DNA of 64,000 bases from an uncultured Alphaproteobacteria bacterium. Lineage in GTDB: Bacteria > Pseudomonadota > Alphaproteobacteria > Rhizobiales > Xanthobacteraceae. The position numbers and the translations under genes were made by a program. Below are positions 9,806 to 20,038 of the stretch, one piece after another; positions within the stretch are counted from its first letter, which is position 1, and each line of letters begins with the position of its first letter. Location: NCBI GenBank assembly GCA_963814885.1, contig CAWFEO010000003.1:4973-68972 (forward strand), written 5' to 3'. The notes under the pieces were generated by a model. That model saw only the letters and a program-made list of their open reading frames with translations, was not told the DNA's origin and ran no database searches.

Positions 9806-10882
9806 CTAGACCGTTTTCCCAATCATTTTCTTGAACAGCAGATTGGTCGCGATCACCAGCGCGGCGCCGATGAGCGTGGCGACCAGGCGATCGATCAACA
9901 CGCCCAGTCCGGGCGGCTGGCCGGCATCCAGCAGCAAGATGATCAGCGGCGTCATGGCGACGGTGTAGGCGAGATAATTGCGCGCCCGCAGCAGCGGCCG
10001 CAGGCCCGCCAACACGCCCATGACGGCGACCAGCGCCCAGGCCGGCGGCGTATAGACCAGCAACAATCCGGTCGCCAGCACGCCGGCCGCCGCGCCGAGC
10101 GCGCGCTGCGTCGTCTTGACCGGAAAAGCCTCGATCTGCCACTCGGCCAGCAGCGCGACGGTGAGCGCGATCCAATGCAAATGATGGTCAGGCCAAAGCC
10201 AGCGCAGCGCGCCCGCGACGCTCAGGCAAATCACCAGCCTGAGCGCATATTGCCAGCCGGCAAGATGGGCGAGCACGCGGCGCCAGCGCGCCAACCGCTG
10301 GCGCAGCGTCATGGGTGCCGGCGCGGTGTCCGCGGACGAGTCTTCGCGGCTGCGCCGCATGCGCGCCAGCGCACCGAGCAAAAGGCTCACCGCCGTCGTC
10401 CAAAGGCCGCCGGCCATGATCAGCAACAACAACCCGCCGCGGCCGGCGATGCCGTCGGCCACGGAGACGGCGATGACCAGCAGCAGAATGAAACGGATCG
10501 CCATTGTGGCAACGGGCCGGCCCATTGCGGCCAAAATCGCCGCTGCGCCGGCCAGCAGCGTCACCAAGGCATCGCTCACCCAACCATGACCGGAAACAGC
10601 AACGGCAACCGACGCTGCCGCAGCAGCAGCAACAAGTGCGGCAGCAAGCGTCTTGATTTGCGCGCGCCAGTCGCGGCCGGCGCCCGTGCCGCCGACCAGC
10701 AGACTGCCGACCGCCATCCCTAAGCCGAGCGCGAGCTCGCCAAGCGCGGCGCCCAGCACGATCGGCGCCGCCATCCCGATCGCCGCGGCGAGAATCTCGA
10801 CCCAATCCGTCTTCGTCTCGGTCGACCAGTGGAAGGTTTCTACTAGATGCGATTTGGGTGATTTGGCGTTTTCCGGCTCCAT
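9806..10882 (-). CDS. FUSC/YccS-like inner membrane protein
   Basis: Hydrophobic segments plus HWIALTVALL, TTQRALG, RNYLAY, DRLVATLIG motifs of the FUSC_2 domain; start set to MEPENAK. Confidence 0.8.
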   Translation of the reverse strand: MEPENAKSPKSHLVETFHWSTETKTDWVEILAAAIGMAAPIVLGAALGELALGLGMAVGSLLVGGTGAGRDWRAQIKTLAAALVAAAAAASVAVAVSGHGWVSDALVTLLAGAAAILAAMGRPVATMAIRFILLLVIAVSVADGIAGRGGLLLLIMAGGLWTTAVSLLLGALARMRRSREDSSADTAPAPMTLRQRLARWRRVLAHLAGWQYALRLVICLSVAGALRWLWPDHHLHWIALTVALLAEWQIEAFPVKTTQRALGAAAGVLATGLLLVYTPPAWALVAVMGVLAGLRPLLRARNYLAYTVAMTPLIILLLDAGQPPGLGVLIDRLVATLIGAALVIATNLLFKKMIGKTV

Positions 10883-11014
10883 GTCACGCCCTGCGCCCGC
10901 CTTGCCCCACAAATCCCACAATGCGGCCGGCTAGATCGAACGGGGCCGCGCCGAACGGGCAGTATCGAATTGCCCGCCGCCGCTCGGCCGAGCGCAGCAC
11001 CATAGCGGGCCGCC

Positions 11015-12544
11015 ATGAAAAAGAACGCTCTGCTCCGTCTTGTCCTTGCCCTGGCGATCGTCTTCGCCGGCGCCTTCGGTCCCGTCGCCGCGCAAGACAA
11101 GAATCATCAAGACAAAGACCGTCAAAGCAAAAACGGCCAGGCGAGCCAAACCCAGCACCGGGCGCCCGCCGGCAAGGGCATCTTGCGGCTGCTGCCCGCC
11201 GATTCAGTCACCGAACATGCGATCGATACCGCGCAAGGCAAACTCGCTTACACGGCGACCGCCGGGACGCTTGCCTTCTACGACCTGTCCGGAGAGCAGA
11301 GCGCGGCCGTGTACTACACCGCCTACGTCGCCAAGAATGCGGGCAAGAACCGGCCGCTGACCTTCGCATTCAACGGCGGCCCGGGCGCAGCGTCCGCCTT
11401 CCTGCATCTCGGCCTGGTCGGCCCGCGCATTCTCGACATCGGGCGCGACCCGGCGCAGGCCGCGCTGCACGACAACCCCGATACGTGGCTGCGCTTTACC
11501 GACCTGATACTGATCGATCCCATCGGCACCGGCTGGAGCCGGACCCGCATGCCGGACGACGCCAAGCATTTCTGGAACGCGCGCAGCGACGCCAACGCGA
11601 TGGCCAAGGCGATCGCGCTTTACGTCGCCCGTAACGACCGCGCCGCCTCGCCGAAATATCTGCTGGGCGAGAGCTACGGCGGCTTTCGCGCCGCCATGAC
11701 GGCGCGCGCGATGGAAAAAGAACAAGGCATCGCCGCAGCCGGCATCGTCATGCTGTCGCCCATGCTGGAAGGCTGGCTCACTTTCGGCGACGACCAGTCT
11801 GCATTGCGCGCGGCCCTGGAATTGCCGTCGCTGGCGGCGACCGAATTGGAACGCAAGGGCGCGTTCAGCCGCGAGGCGCTGGCCGCCGCAGAAAAATTCG
11901 CCATGACGGATTATCTGACGACGCTCGCGGGCCCCCGGCCGCAAGGACCGGCTGCGCGCGCGTTCTACGAGAAGGTGGCCGAGATCACCGGACTGCCGCT
12001 GGATGCGGTGACGAAGGCGCGCGGGTTCATCAGCGACACCTACGTCAAGGCACTGCACGCCGGCAAGATCGTCAGCCGCTACGACGCGACTTTCGCCGTC
12101 GACGACCCCTACCCTGAGCGCGCGTCGGCACGCGGCCCGGACCCGATCCTCGACAGCCTGACGCGCGCCTATGGCGGCGCCTTCGCGGCTTACGCACGCA
12201 ATGAGCTCGGCTTCAAGACGCCGATGACCTATCAACTGTTGGCGAACGACGTCACACGCCACTGGGACTGGCATGGCGGCCGGGTGCAGGCGAGCGTAGA
12301 GGACGAACTGCGCGTGCTGCTCTCGTTCAGCCCGTCGTTCCGCCTGCTGGTTGCGCACGGGCTTTCCGACATGGTCACGCCCTATGCCATGTCGCGCTAC
12401 GCGCTAGACCATCTGCCGCCGGTCGAGCCGCCCGGGCGCGTTGCGCTCAAGCTCTACCGCGGCGGGCATATGCTCTATCTCGATCCGGCCTCGCGCAAGG
12501 CGTTTAGCCGCGACGCCGCGGCGTTCTACCGCGGCGGCGAATAG
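11015..12544 (+). CDS. S10 family serine carboxypeptidase, exported
   Basis: Signal peptide; FNGGPGAAS, IDPIGTGWS, nucleophile GESYGG, C-terminal GGHMLY. Confidence 0.92.
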   Translation: MKKNALLRLVLALAIVFAGAFGPVAAQDKNHQDKDRQSKNGQASQTQHRAPAGKGILRLLPADSVTEHAIDTAQGKLAYTATAGTLAFYDLSGEQSAAVYYTAYVAKNAGKNRPLTFAFNGGPGAASAFLHLGLVGPRILDIGRDPAQAALHDNPDTWLRFTDLILIDPIGTGWSRTRMPDDAKHFWNARSDANAMAKAIALYVARNDRAASPKYLLGESYGGFRAAMTARAMEKEQGIAAAGIVMLSPMLEGWLTFGDDQSALRAALELPSLAATELERKGAFSREALAAAEKFAMTDYLTTLAGPRPQGPAARAFYEKVAEITGLPLDAVTKARGFISDTYVKALHAGKIVSRYDATFAVDDPYPERASARGPDPILDSLTRAYGGAFAAYARNELGFKTPMTYQLLANDVTRHWDWHGGRVQASVEDELRVLLSFSPSFRLLVAHGLSDMVTPYAMSRYALDHLPPVEPPGRVALKLYRGGHMLYLDPASRKAFSRDAAAFYRGGE

Positions 12545-12551
12545 CCGGCCG

Positions 12552-13340
12552 CTAGCTGCGCGTCTCCGACACCATGCCCCAGCGCCGCACCGTCACGTTC
12601 TCCAGCGTCTGAAACACGAAGCGTTCGAAGAACACGCCGATCACGCCGATCGCGACCAGCGTTGCAAGCATCACGCCGGAATTGAGAAACTCCTTGGCGT
12701 TGAAGATGATCTCGCCCAGGCCCAGCTTGGGGCTGGCCAGCAGTTCGCCGCCGATCACCCCGATCCAAGCGCGGCCGAACGACAGCCTCAAGCCGGTGAT
12801 GATATAGGGCAGCGCGCCCGGCCAGATTACCTTGCGGAACAGCGTGGCCTCGTCGGCGCCCATGACGATCGCCGCGCGCAGCCAGATCGGATTGACCGCG
12901 CGCACGCCGGCCCACACCGCGTAGACCATCGGAAACGACGAAGCGTAAATGACCACCACGATGGTGGCGCGGTCGCCGATACCGAACCACAAAATGAACA
13001 GCGGCACCCAGGCCAGCGACGGGATCGGCAACAGTACGCTCAGCACCGGGTTGAAGATTCGTTCGGCCACCCAATAGCGCGCCATCAGCACCCCGACCGG
13101 GATGGCGATGGCGAACGAAATCGATAGGCCGATAAATACCCGCGTGATGGTTGCCAGCGTGTTGTCCAGCAGGGTGCCGTCGGCCATCATGGTCCACATG
13201 GTCGCGGCGATCGATCCCAGTGGCGGCGTCATGGCGGTGGAAAACATGCCGCTAAGCGCAAACACTTGCCATATGGCGAGCACGACCACGACGCCGGCCA
13301 CGCCGCGCGCGGTTGCGATCCATGAGCGTTTGGATTTCAT
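12552..13340 (-). CDS. ABC permease, NitT/TauT/SsuC family
   Basis: PIPSLAWVPLFILWFGIG, IITGLRLSFGRAW; true start MKSKRSW, the ORF-track extension is a shadow of the upstream gene. Confidence 0.9.
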   Translation of the reverse strand: MKSKRSWIATARGVAGVVVVLAIWQVFALSGMFSTAMTPPLGSIAATMWTMMADGTLLDNTLATITRVFIGLSISFAIAIPVGVLMARYWVAERIFNPVLSVLLPIPSLAWVPLFILWFGIGDRATIVVVIYASSFPMVYAVWAGVRAVNPIWLRAAIVMGADEATLFRKVIWPGALPYIITGLRLSFGRAWIGVIGGELLASPKLGLGEIIFNAKEFLNSGVMLATLVAIGVIGVFFERFVFQTLENVTVRRWGMVSETRS

Positions 13341-14107
13341 GCCGTCACCATGCCCCAGCGCACCACCGTGTAGCGTTCGACGCGGGCGAACACCTGCCGC
13401 TCGAGCACAATGCCGATCACGCCGATCACCGCGATGGTCGCGAGCATCACGTCGGAGTTGAGGAAGGTCTGCGCGCCGAAGATCAGCCAGCCGAGGCCCT
13501 GCTGCACCGACATCAGCATTTCGACCGCAATGAGAATTCGCCAAGCCTGCGCCAAGCCGAGCCGCAGGCCGATCAGGATGTAGGGCAGCGCGCCCGGCAT
13601 GACCACGCGCCAGAACAACTCACGGTCACGCGCCCCCATCACTTCCGCCGAGCGCAGCCAGATCGGCTTCACCGCCTTCACGCCCTTCCAGGTATTGATG
13701 ATGACGGTGAAGCTGGACGACACGCCGACCAGCAGAATGGTCGGCGTGTCGCCGAGTCCGAACCACAAGACGAATAGCGGGGCGTAGGCGAGGCCCGGGA
13801 TCGGATAGAGGAAGGTGACGATCGGGACCAGGGTGTCTTCCACCCATTGCCGCCGCCCCATCGCGATGCCGACAACAACGCCGATGACGGCGGCGATCAA
13901 GAAGCCGGTGACGAGGCGATAGAGCGTCGCCACGGCCGCCGCCAACATGATGCCATTGCCGGCGAGACGCACGAAGGCCTCGGCAATAGCCGGGAGGCCG
14001 GGCACCAGCTTGGGCGAGAACCCGCCGTACATGACGAAGAGTTCCCATGCCGCCGCGATCACCGCGAAGGTGACGAACGGCAGCCCGATCGACAGTGCCC
14101 GTCTCAT
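13337..14107 (-). CDS. ABC permease, NitT/TauT/SsuC family
   Basis: YPIPGLAYAPLFVLWFGLG, GALPYILIGLRLGLAQAW; 4-bp overlap with the next permease. Confidence 0.92.
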   Translation of the reverse strand: MRRALSIGLPFVTFAVIAAAWELFVMYGGFSPKLVPGLPAIAEAFVRLAGNGIMLAAAVATLYRLVTGFLIAAVIGVVVGIAMGRRQWVEDTLVPIVTFLYPIPGLAYAPLFVLWFGLGDTPTILLVGVSSSFTVIINTWKGVKAVKPIWLRSAEVMGARDRELFWRVVMPGALPYILIGLRLGLAQAWRILIAVEMLMSVQQGLGWLIFGAQTFLNSDVMLATIAVIGVIGIVLERQVFARVERYTVVRWGMVTA

Positions 14108-14113
14108 CCCGTC

Positions 14114-14146
14114 TCTTGCTCAGCTCTTGCTCAGTTCTTGCTCAGC
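14114..14146. repeat. 11-bp tandem repeat x3 (TCTTGCTCAGY)
   Basis: Units at 14114, 14125 and 14136; spans the SBP stop codon and the intergenic gap. Confidence 0.85.
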
Positions 14147-15131
14147 TTTTGGCGCGAGCCGTGTCCAGCAAGCTTTGATTGAGCAGCTTGTTCCAGTCCG
14201 GAATCGCCGAGATCTTCTTCTGCTTCACCAACACTTCCGACTGGGCCGTCAGATACTTCTTGAGCTCCGGCTTGAAGTCCGGAACGACGTCGATCTTCGA
14301 CAGCATCAGCTTGATGATCGTTTCGTCGACCTTGAAGCCTTTCTTGGCAAACTGCTCAAGCACGATTTTCGTGGCCTGCGCGCGATGGTCGTTGAAGATC
14401 TTCACGGCGGCGAGATAGCCGCGCAAGAATTCAACGACGCCCTTACGGTTCTTGTTGATGATGTCCGTGTTGGCGGCGAGGATGACCGGCTGCAGATCGT
14501 AGGGAGTGTAGTCGGTCAAGGCTTTGCCAAGCTTGTTGACTTCGGCGACCGACACGAACGGCTCGACGCCGGCGAAGGCGTCAACCGAGCCGGCAGCCAG
14601 CGCCGCCACATGGTTCTGGAAGCGGACGTTGACCATCTGCACGTCCTTTTCCGTCAAGCCTACGCTCGGCAGGATCTTGCTCTTGAACACGTGGTCGGTC
14701 GCCGAGCCGAATTGCGAGCCGACCTTATGGCCCTTGAGGTCCTTAAGCGATTTGATGCCCGACTTCGCGCTGACGACGACCGCCAGGGTCTTGGCGCCGT
14801 AGAGCGCCAGGCCGATCGCCTGCATCTGGCCCTTGGCCGCGCCGATCACGAAAGGCGTGGCGCCGATCACGCCGATATCCACGCGGCCCGAGATCATCGC
14901 GTCGCGGGTGGTCTTGCCGCTGTCAAAGCGGAAGATCTTGACGTCGGCACCCGCCTTCTTGAAGGTATTTTCGGCGTCCGCGATCATCCCGAGCGAGCCC
15001 CAGGACGAATTCTGGAAGCCGAACTTGATCGGCTCGGCGCCGAAAGCACGCACCATCGGGAACGCCGAAGTGGCGAGCGTGGCGCCGGCGATCGTCAAGA
15101 AGTCGCGTCGTGGTAGCACAAGTTTGGTCAT
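14142..15131 (-). CDS. ABC substrate-binding protein, SsuA/TauA/NMT1-like, Tat-exported
   Basis: PRRDFLTIAG Tat motif; SGRVDIG, LKDLKGHKVG, LAAGSVDAF. Confidence 0.9.
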   Translation of the reverse strand: MTKLVLPRRDFLTIAGATLATSAFPMVRAFGAEPIKFGFQNSSWGSLGMIADAENTFKKAGADVKIFRFDSGKTTRDAMISGRVDIGVIGATPFVIGAAKGQMQAIGLALYGAKTLAVVVSAKSGIKSLKDLKGHKVGSQFGSATDHVFKSKILPSVGLTEKDVQMVNVRFQNHVAALAAGSVDAFAGVEPFVSVAEVNKLGKALTDYTPYDLQPVILAANTDIINKNRKGVVEFLRGYLAAVKIFNDHRAQATKIVLEQFAKKGFKVDETIIKLMLSKIDVVPDFKPELKKYLTAQSEVLVKQKKISAIPDWNKLLNQSLLDTARAKS

Positions 15132-15209
15132 GGTTTCCTCCCGTTTTTAAACCGTGCGCTTTTCAGATACTCCATTCTTCCTGCAACTACTTCCCGTTTT
15201 CACTCTCCG

Positions 15210-15959
15210 TCAGTGACGCAAATGGCGCATGATCTCGCGCTGGGTCTCGACGAAGGGTTCGCTGAGCGGATCGCGCGGGCGCGGCAGGTCGAGCTTGAGC
15301 TCGGCCTTGACGGTGCCCGGATGCGCGTTGAGTACGATCACCTTGTCGCCAAGATAGACCGCTTCGGAGACGTTGTGGGTGATGTACACGATGGTCTTTT
15401 TGGTCTTCTGCCAGATGTCGGTCAGCAACTTCTGCATGTCGTCGCGCGTCATGGCGTCGAGCGCGGCGAACGGCTCATCCATCAGCAGCACCTGCGGATT
15501 GTAGGCGAGCGAGCGGGCAATGGCGACGCGCTGCTGCATGCCGCCGGACAGTTGGTGCGGAAACACGTCGGCGAATTTTTCCAGCCCAACGAGGCGCAAG
15601 AATTCGAGCGCGGTTTTCTCGCGCGTGGCCTTGTCGATTTTGCGCATTTCCAGGCCGAACTCGACATTGTGCTTGGCGGTGCGCCAGGGAAACAACTGGG
15701 CGAAGTCCTGGAACACGACGCCGCGGTTCTGCCGGTTCGTATCGAGCGCTGCGCCGCCGATGCGGATTTCACCGGCGGTCGGGTGCAGCAGGCCGGCGAG
15801 GATGTTCAGGATCGTGGTCTTGCCGCAGCCGCTCGGGCCGAGCAAGCACAGGAACTCGGACTGGCGGACCGAAAAATTGATATCCTTGATCGCCAGCACG
15901 CGGCCCTTGTCGACCTGGTATTCGAAGGTCACGTTCTTGACTTCAATCTGATCCGCCAC
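15210..15959 (-). CDS. ABC ATP-binding protein, NitT/TauT family
   Basis: GPSGCGKTT, LFPWRT, LSGGMQQR, MDEPFAALD. Confidence 0.95.
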   Translation of the reverse strand: MADQIEVKNVTFEYQVDKGRVLAIKDINFSVRQSEFLCLLGPSGCGKTTILNILAGLLHPTAGEIRIGGAALDTNRQNRGVVFQDFAQLFPWRTAKHNVEFGLEMRKIDKATREKTALEFLRLVGLEKFADVFPHQLSGGMQQRVAIARSLAYNPQVLLMDEPFAALDAMTRDDMQKLLTDIWQKTKKTIVYITHNVSEAVYLGDKVIVLNAHPGTVKAELKLDLPRPRDPLSEPFVETQREIMRHLRH

Positions 15960-15970
15960 CTGGTCCGTCC

Positions 15971-17068
15971 CTATCTCGCGCCGGCCGCGCTGCGGCGCTT
16001 GCCTTCGCCGGCAAGCTCGGCTTGCGCCGCCTCGATGATTTCGCTCACGGCCACGATGCGGCTGTTCTCGCGCGCCGACTTGATCGCGGCATAGACCGCG
16101 GCCACCGCCTGGCAGCCGTTTTCGGTCGACAACTCACATTCCTTGCCGCTGGTCACCGCGTCGGCGAAGATTTCCAGCTCGTCGCGGAACATGTCGCCTT
16201 GCGGTACCGGCAGCATTTCGCGCTCGTTCGGACCCTTGCCGCGCGCCTGCAGATAGAACGTCGCGTTCTCGTGGATGCGTTCGGGGGTGGGCCAGTAGGT
16301 CTGGTTGATGTCATAGAACATCAAGGCGTCGGCGCCGGTGGCGCGGATGCTGTAGGTGCCGGGGCTGGTCCAGTTCGAGAGCATGACGCCGAGCTTACCG
16401 TCGGCGAAATGCACCGCGACCACCCACTGATCCTCGACCTCGGCGCCGACCGGCGAATGGCGCGCGGCGCTGGCGCTGACGCCCGCGATATCCCCGCCCA
16501 GATAGCGCAGGGCGTCGAACTGATGCACGCCGATCTGACTGAGCGAACCACCGGGCGAGCTTTCCTGGTAAAAGCGCCAATCCTTGGCGGAAAGCCGCAA
16601 GCCGCGGTCGTTGGAGAAATTAGCCTCGAGTTGGCTGACCTTGCCGAGCTTGCCGGCATCCATGGCGGCGCGGATGGCGCGCACGCCGGAGAGCAGCCGC
16701 GCGCAATGGCCGATGACGACGCGCACGCCGTGCTTTTTCTCGAGCGCGGCGATGCGCAGCGAGTCGGTCATGGTGTTGGCGATCGGTTTTTCGATATAGA
16801 TGTGCTTGCCGGCTTCCGCGCCGCGCCGCGCAAACTCGTAATGCAGCTCGTTCGGCAGCGCTAAGACGAGGCCGGCGATATCTTTGTCGGCCAGCACCTC
16901 CTCGATACTGCGCGCCGGCAGGCCGAAATCCTTCGAGAACGCTTCGAGCCGCTCCGGGCTGCGGCCGACGCAGGCGACGACCTCGATCTTGTCGGAAACG
17001 CTCGCCGCCTTGCCCAGCACGCGCGCCCAGTTACCGACACCGATCATCGCCGTCCTGATACGCGCCAT
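15971..17068 (-). CDS. Gfo/Idh/MocA family oxidoreductase
   Basis: MARIRTAMIGVGNW, LPNELH, KHIYIEKP, GSLSQIGVHQFD; start at ATG 17068, just after the SDR stop. Confidence 0.9.
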   Translation of the reverse strand: MARIRTAMIGVGNWARVLGKAASVSDKIEVVACVGRSPERLEAFSKDFGLPARSIEEVLADKDIAGLVLALPNELHYEFARRGAEAGKHIYIEKPIANTMTDSLRIAALEKKHGVRVVIGHCARLLSGVRAIRAAMDAGKLGKVSQLEANFSNDRGLRLSAKDWRFYQESSPGGSLSQIGVHQFDALRYLGGDIAGVSASAARHSPVGAEVEDQWVVAVHFADGKLGVMLSNWTSPGTYSIRATGADALMFYDINQTYWPTPERIHENATFYLQARGKGPNEREMLPVPQGDMFRDELEIFADAVTSGKECELSTENGCQAVAAVYAAIKSARENSRIVAVSEIIEAAQAELAGEGKRRSAAGAR

Positions 17069-17070
17069 TA

Positions 17071-17802
17071 TTATTCGCCTCCCGTGCCGGTGACGCTGGT
17101 GCCGCCGCAAACATAGATCGACTGCCCGGTAATGTAGCCGCTGTTGCGGTCGAGCAGGAAGCTCGCGAGATGCGCGACGTCCTGCGGCGTGCCGATGCGC
17201 TTGACCAGAATCTTGTCGATCACCGTCTGCCGCTTGACCGAGCCGTGCGGGTGGCCGCGGTTGAAATGCGCCGTTTCCACCGGCCCCGGCATCACGCAAT
17301 TGACGGTGATGCCGTCAGCGCCGGTTTCGATCGCCACCACGCGCGTCATGCCCTCGAGTCCGGCCTTTGCGCTGGCGTAGACGACGCGCTCGGACTTGCC
17401 GAGGATCGCGCGCGAAGACATGTTGATGATGCGGCCGAACTTCGCGCGCCGCATGCCGGGCACGAAGCTCTGAATCAGCACCAGGGCGGCGCCAAGCGTG
17501 ATGGTGGTGACGTAGTTGAGTTCCTCGACCGTCGCCTTCTCCAGCGGGTTGGGCGCGTTCTCGCCGGCATTGTTGACGAGATAACGAACGGGAAACTCGG
17601 CGGCGACATCGTTTGCCACTTTACGCGTTGTCGCGAGGTCGGTCAGATCGATCTGGCGGAAATGCAGATTCTCGTGCTTGAGCTTCGGCGCCGAGCGTTG
17701 CAGCGTGACCACCGGGATGCCGCGTGCGAGCAGCGAGGTGGCAATGGCCTCGCCGATGCCGGAACTGGCACCCGTCACCACCGCCGTATCCGCCATCGCC
17801 AT
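17071..17802 (-). CDS. Short-chain dehydrogenase/reductase
   Basis: TGASSGIG, NNAG, YASAK (YxxxK), PGPVET. Confidence 0.93.
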   Translation of the reverse strand: MAMADTAVVTGASSGIGEAIATSLLARGIPVVTLQRSAPKLKHENLHFRQIDLTDLATTRKVANDVAAEFPVRYLVNNAGENAPNPLEKATVEELNYVTTITLGAALVLIQSFVPGMRRAKFGRIINMSSRAILGKSERVVYASAKAGLEGMTRVVAIETGADGITVNCVMPGPVETAHFNRGHPHGSVKRQTVIDKILVKRIGTPQDVAHLASFLLDRNSGYITGQSIYVCGGTSVTGTGGE

Positions 17803-18020
17803 GCGACCCCCTTCAAGGTGCGCCGTTCAGCGAGAGTCGATGAATTTTCCGCCGACGGGCTCTCGCCGCTGCCTGAAGCGACAGCAGCGGCGCGCGACGC
17901 GGAAAAGGGCATCCTCCCAAAATGCTCGCTTTGTAATTCAGATGGCGAGCCTTACGGGAAGCGTAGAGCGGCACCAAAATAGATCAAGTGTATTCTGGTT
18001 ATCGTCGCAATTGATTTCAT

Positions 18021-18947
18021 CTATGAAGCACGCACAGGAAAACGCTTGCCGCGCGGCACGGCTTTTTCCTTCTGGCCATAGGCCGCCCTGACCATCTCGG
18101 CCATGCGCAGCGCCGCCGCCGAACGATGACCGTCGCGCCGCCAGAGTATGCCGACCATGCGCTTGGGTGCCGGATCTGTCAGCCGCACGATCTGCAATCC
18201 ACTGGCGTCGAGGATGGCGCCGGACGACAGCACGGTGGCCAGCCCCGAATTGCGCGTGGTCGCCAGGATGGGGTCGATCGCGTTCATTTCCAGCACCACG
18301 TGCGGCTTCTGTCCTGTTTCGGTAAAAAAACGGTCGACGAACTGGCGTGCGCCAAATTCCGGCGTCAGCAGGATAAGCGGCAGCGTGGCAAGCTCGCGCA
18401 TCGGCATCGATTTGCGGCCGGCCTGCGGGCACTTGGAGCCGGCCACCAGCACCAGTTCCTCGGCGAATAACGGCTCGGCGACGATCTGATCGTTATCGCC
18501 GGCGACATAGGCTACCGCCATGTCGAGCTCGGCATTGATCAGTTCGCGCTCCATGTCCAAGCGCGGCACCAGCCGCGTGATGACGTGCACGCCGGGATAG
18601 CGCAGCGCGAATTCCGACATGATCGGCGGCAGCATGGAGTGCGAGAAGGAATGAAACACCGCCATGCGCAGCGTGCCACGCATCAGGCCCTCGAGCTCGG
18701 AGATGGCAAGCGCGCTCGATTCGATCTCCTTCAAGACGCGCTCGCAATACGGCTTGAACAGCTTCCCCGCGGCGGTGAGATCGACTTCCTTGGTGCTGCG
18801 ATCAAACAGCATGGTGCCGACCATCGATTCCAGCTGCTTGATCTGGTGCGACAGCGTGGGCTGGGTGACGTGCAGGCGCTCGGCCGCGCGCGTGAAGCTG
18901 CGCGTGTCGGCGACGGCGAGAAAGTAACGGAGATGGCGTAGTTCCAT
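18021..18947 (-). CDS. LysR-family transcriptional regulator
   Basis: MELRHLRYFLAVA...SFTRAAERLHVTQPTLSHQIKQLE HTH. Confidence 0.95.
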   Translation of the reverse strand: MELRHLRYFLAVADTRSFTRAAERLHVTQPTLSHQIKQLESMVGTMLFDRSTKEVDLTAAGKLFKPYCERVLKEIESSALAISELEGLMRGTLRMAVFHSFSHSMLPPIMSEFALRYPGVHVITRLVPRLDMERELINAELDMAVAYVAGDNDQIVAEPLFAEELVLVAGSKCPQAGRKSMPMRELATLPLILLTPEFGARQFVDRFFTETGQKPHVVLEMNAIDPILATTRNSGLATVLSSGAILDASGLQIVRLTDPAPKRMVGILWRRDGHRSAAALRMAEMVRAAYGQKEKAVPRGKRFPVRAS

Positions 18948-18980
18948 GGGCTTAGGATATACGGCCCGGCGGCGTCCGCG

Positions 18981-19967
18981 CTAGCTCATTGCCAACACCA
19001 CCGCGCAGGTGGTGACGATATCGTCCTCGCTGGCGCCGCGCGACAAGTCGCTGATCGGCTTGGCAAAGCCTTGCAAAAACGGACCTATTGCCTGCGCGCC
19101 ACCCAGCCATTGGGTCAACTTGTAGCCAATATTGCCGGAATCGAGATCCGGGAAAATAAGGACATTGGCCGCACCCGCAACGGGGCTGGCCTGTTTGAGC
19201 TTCTTGGCGGCCACGCTCGGCACCAACGCCGCATCGGCCTGAAATTCGCCGTCGACGGCGAGCGAGGGCGCGCGCTGGCGCACCAAGTCGAGCGCCGCGC
19301 GTACCTTGTCGACACGCGCATGTTGCGCGCTGCCCTGGGTCGAAAACGACAGCATCGCGACGCGCGGGGTTTCGCCCAGCAGGCTTTCCGCGCTGCGCGC
19401 CGAGGTGATGGCAATGTCGCAGAGCTCTTCAGCCGTTGGATCGGCATTCACGGCACAATCGGCAAATACGAAGGCGCGCGGGCCTTTTTTGAGAAAATCC
19501 GGCGCCACCATGAGGAAACAACTCGACGGCAGCGCGATACCCTCGGCCAGGCCGACCGTCATCAGGCCTGCCTCAATCACGCGGCGAGTTGGGTTGGAGG
19601 CGCCCGCCACCATGGCGTCGGCGTCGCCCTGGCGCACCATCATGCCGCCGAAATACAAGGGTTTTGCGACCAGGCGCGCGGCGATCGCCGGCGTCATCGA
19701 GCCGCGCGCGGCTGCGCAGGCCGCGCCATAGGATTTGAGCCGCGGGTCGCCGCGCGGATCGGTCAATTCTATGCCGTCGAGCGAAGCGCCTAATTCGCCC
19801 GCAACGCTGCGGATTGTGTCGGCCGCGCCGAGCAAGATCGGCTGCGCGATTTTCTCATTCTTGAGACGCAACGCGGCCGCAACAACGCGGGCATCCTCGC
19901 CCTCCGGCAAAACAATTTTGCGATAGCGCCGACGTGCGTTATCAAACAGCCGACCGATCAAGTCCAT
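18981..19967 (-). CDS. pta: Phosphate acetyltransferase
   Basis: [62 protein letters not shown]; start MDLIGRL preceded by GGTGA. Confidence 0.93.
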   Translation of the reverse strand: MDLIGRLFDNARRRYRKIVLPEGEDARVVAAALRLKNEKIAQPILLGAADTIRSVAGELGASLDGIELTDPRGDPRLKSYGAACAAARGSMTPAIAARLVAKPLYFGGMMVRQGDADAMVAGASNPTRRVIEAGLMTVGLAEGIALPSSCFLMVAPDFLKKGPRAFVFADCAVNADPTAEELCDIAITSARSAESLLGETPRVAMLSFSTQGSAQHARVDKVRAALDLVRQRAPSLAVDGEFQADAALVPSVAAKKLKQASPVAGAANVLIFPDLDSGNIGYKLTQWLGGAQAIGPFLQGFAKPISDLSRGASEDDIVTTCAVVLAMS

Positions 19968-20038
19968 GCATCTCACCGCGTGGGAAAACGTTGAGTTGGC
20001 GCTCGCACCAAGATCATGCGTAACCGAAGGGTGCATCA

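Noticed and set aside
17071-17802. Calling the SDR sulfoacetaldehyde reductase IsfD
   Set aside because: Only generic SDR motifs are recognisable; context is suggestive but insufficient
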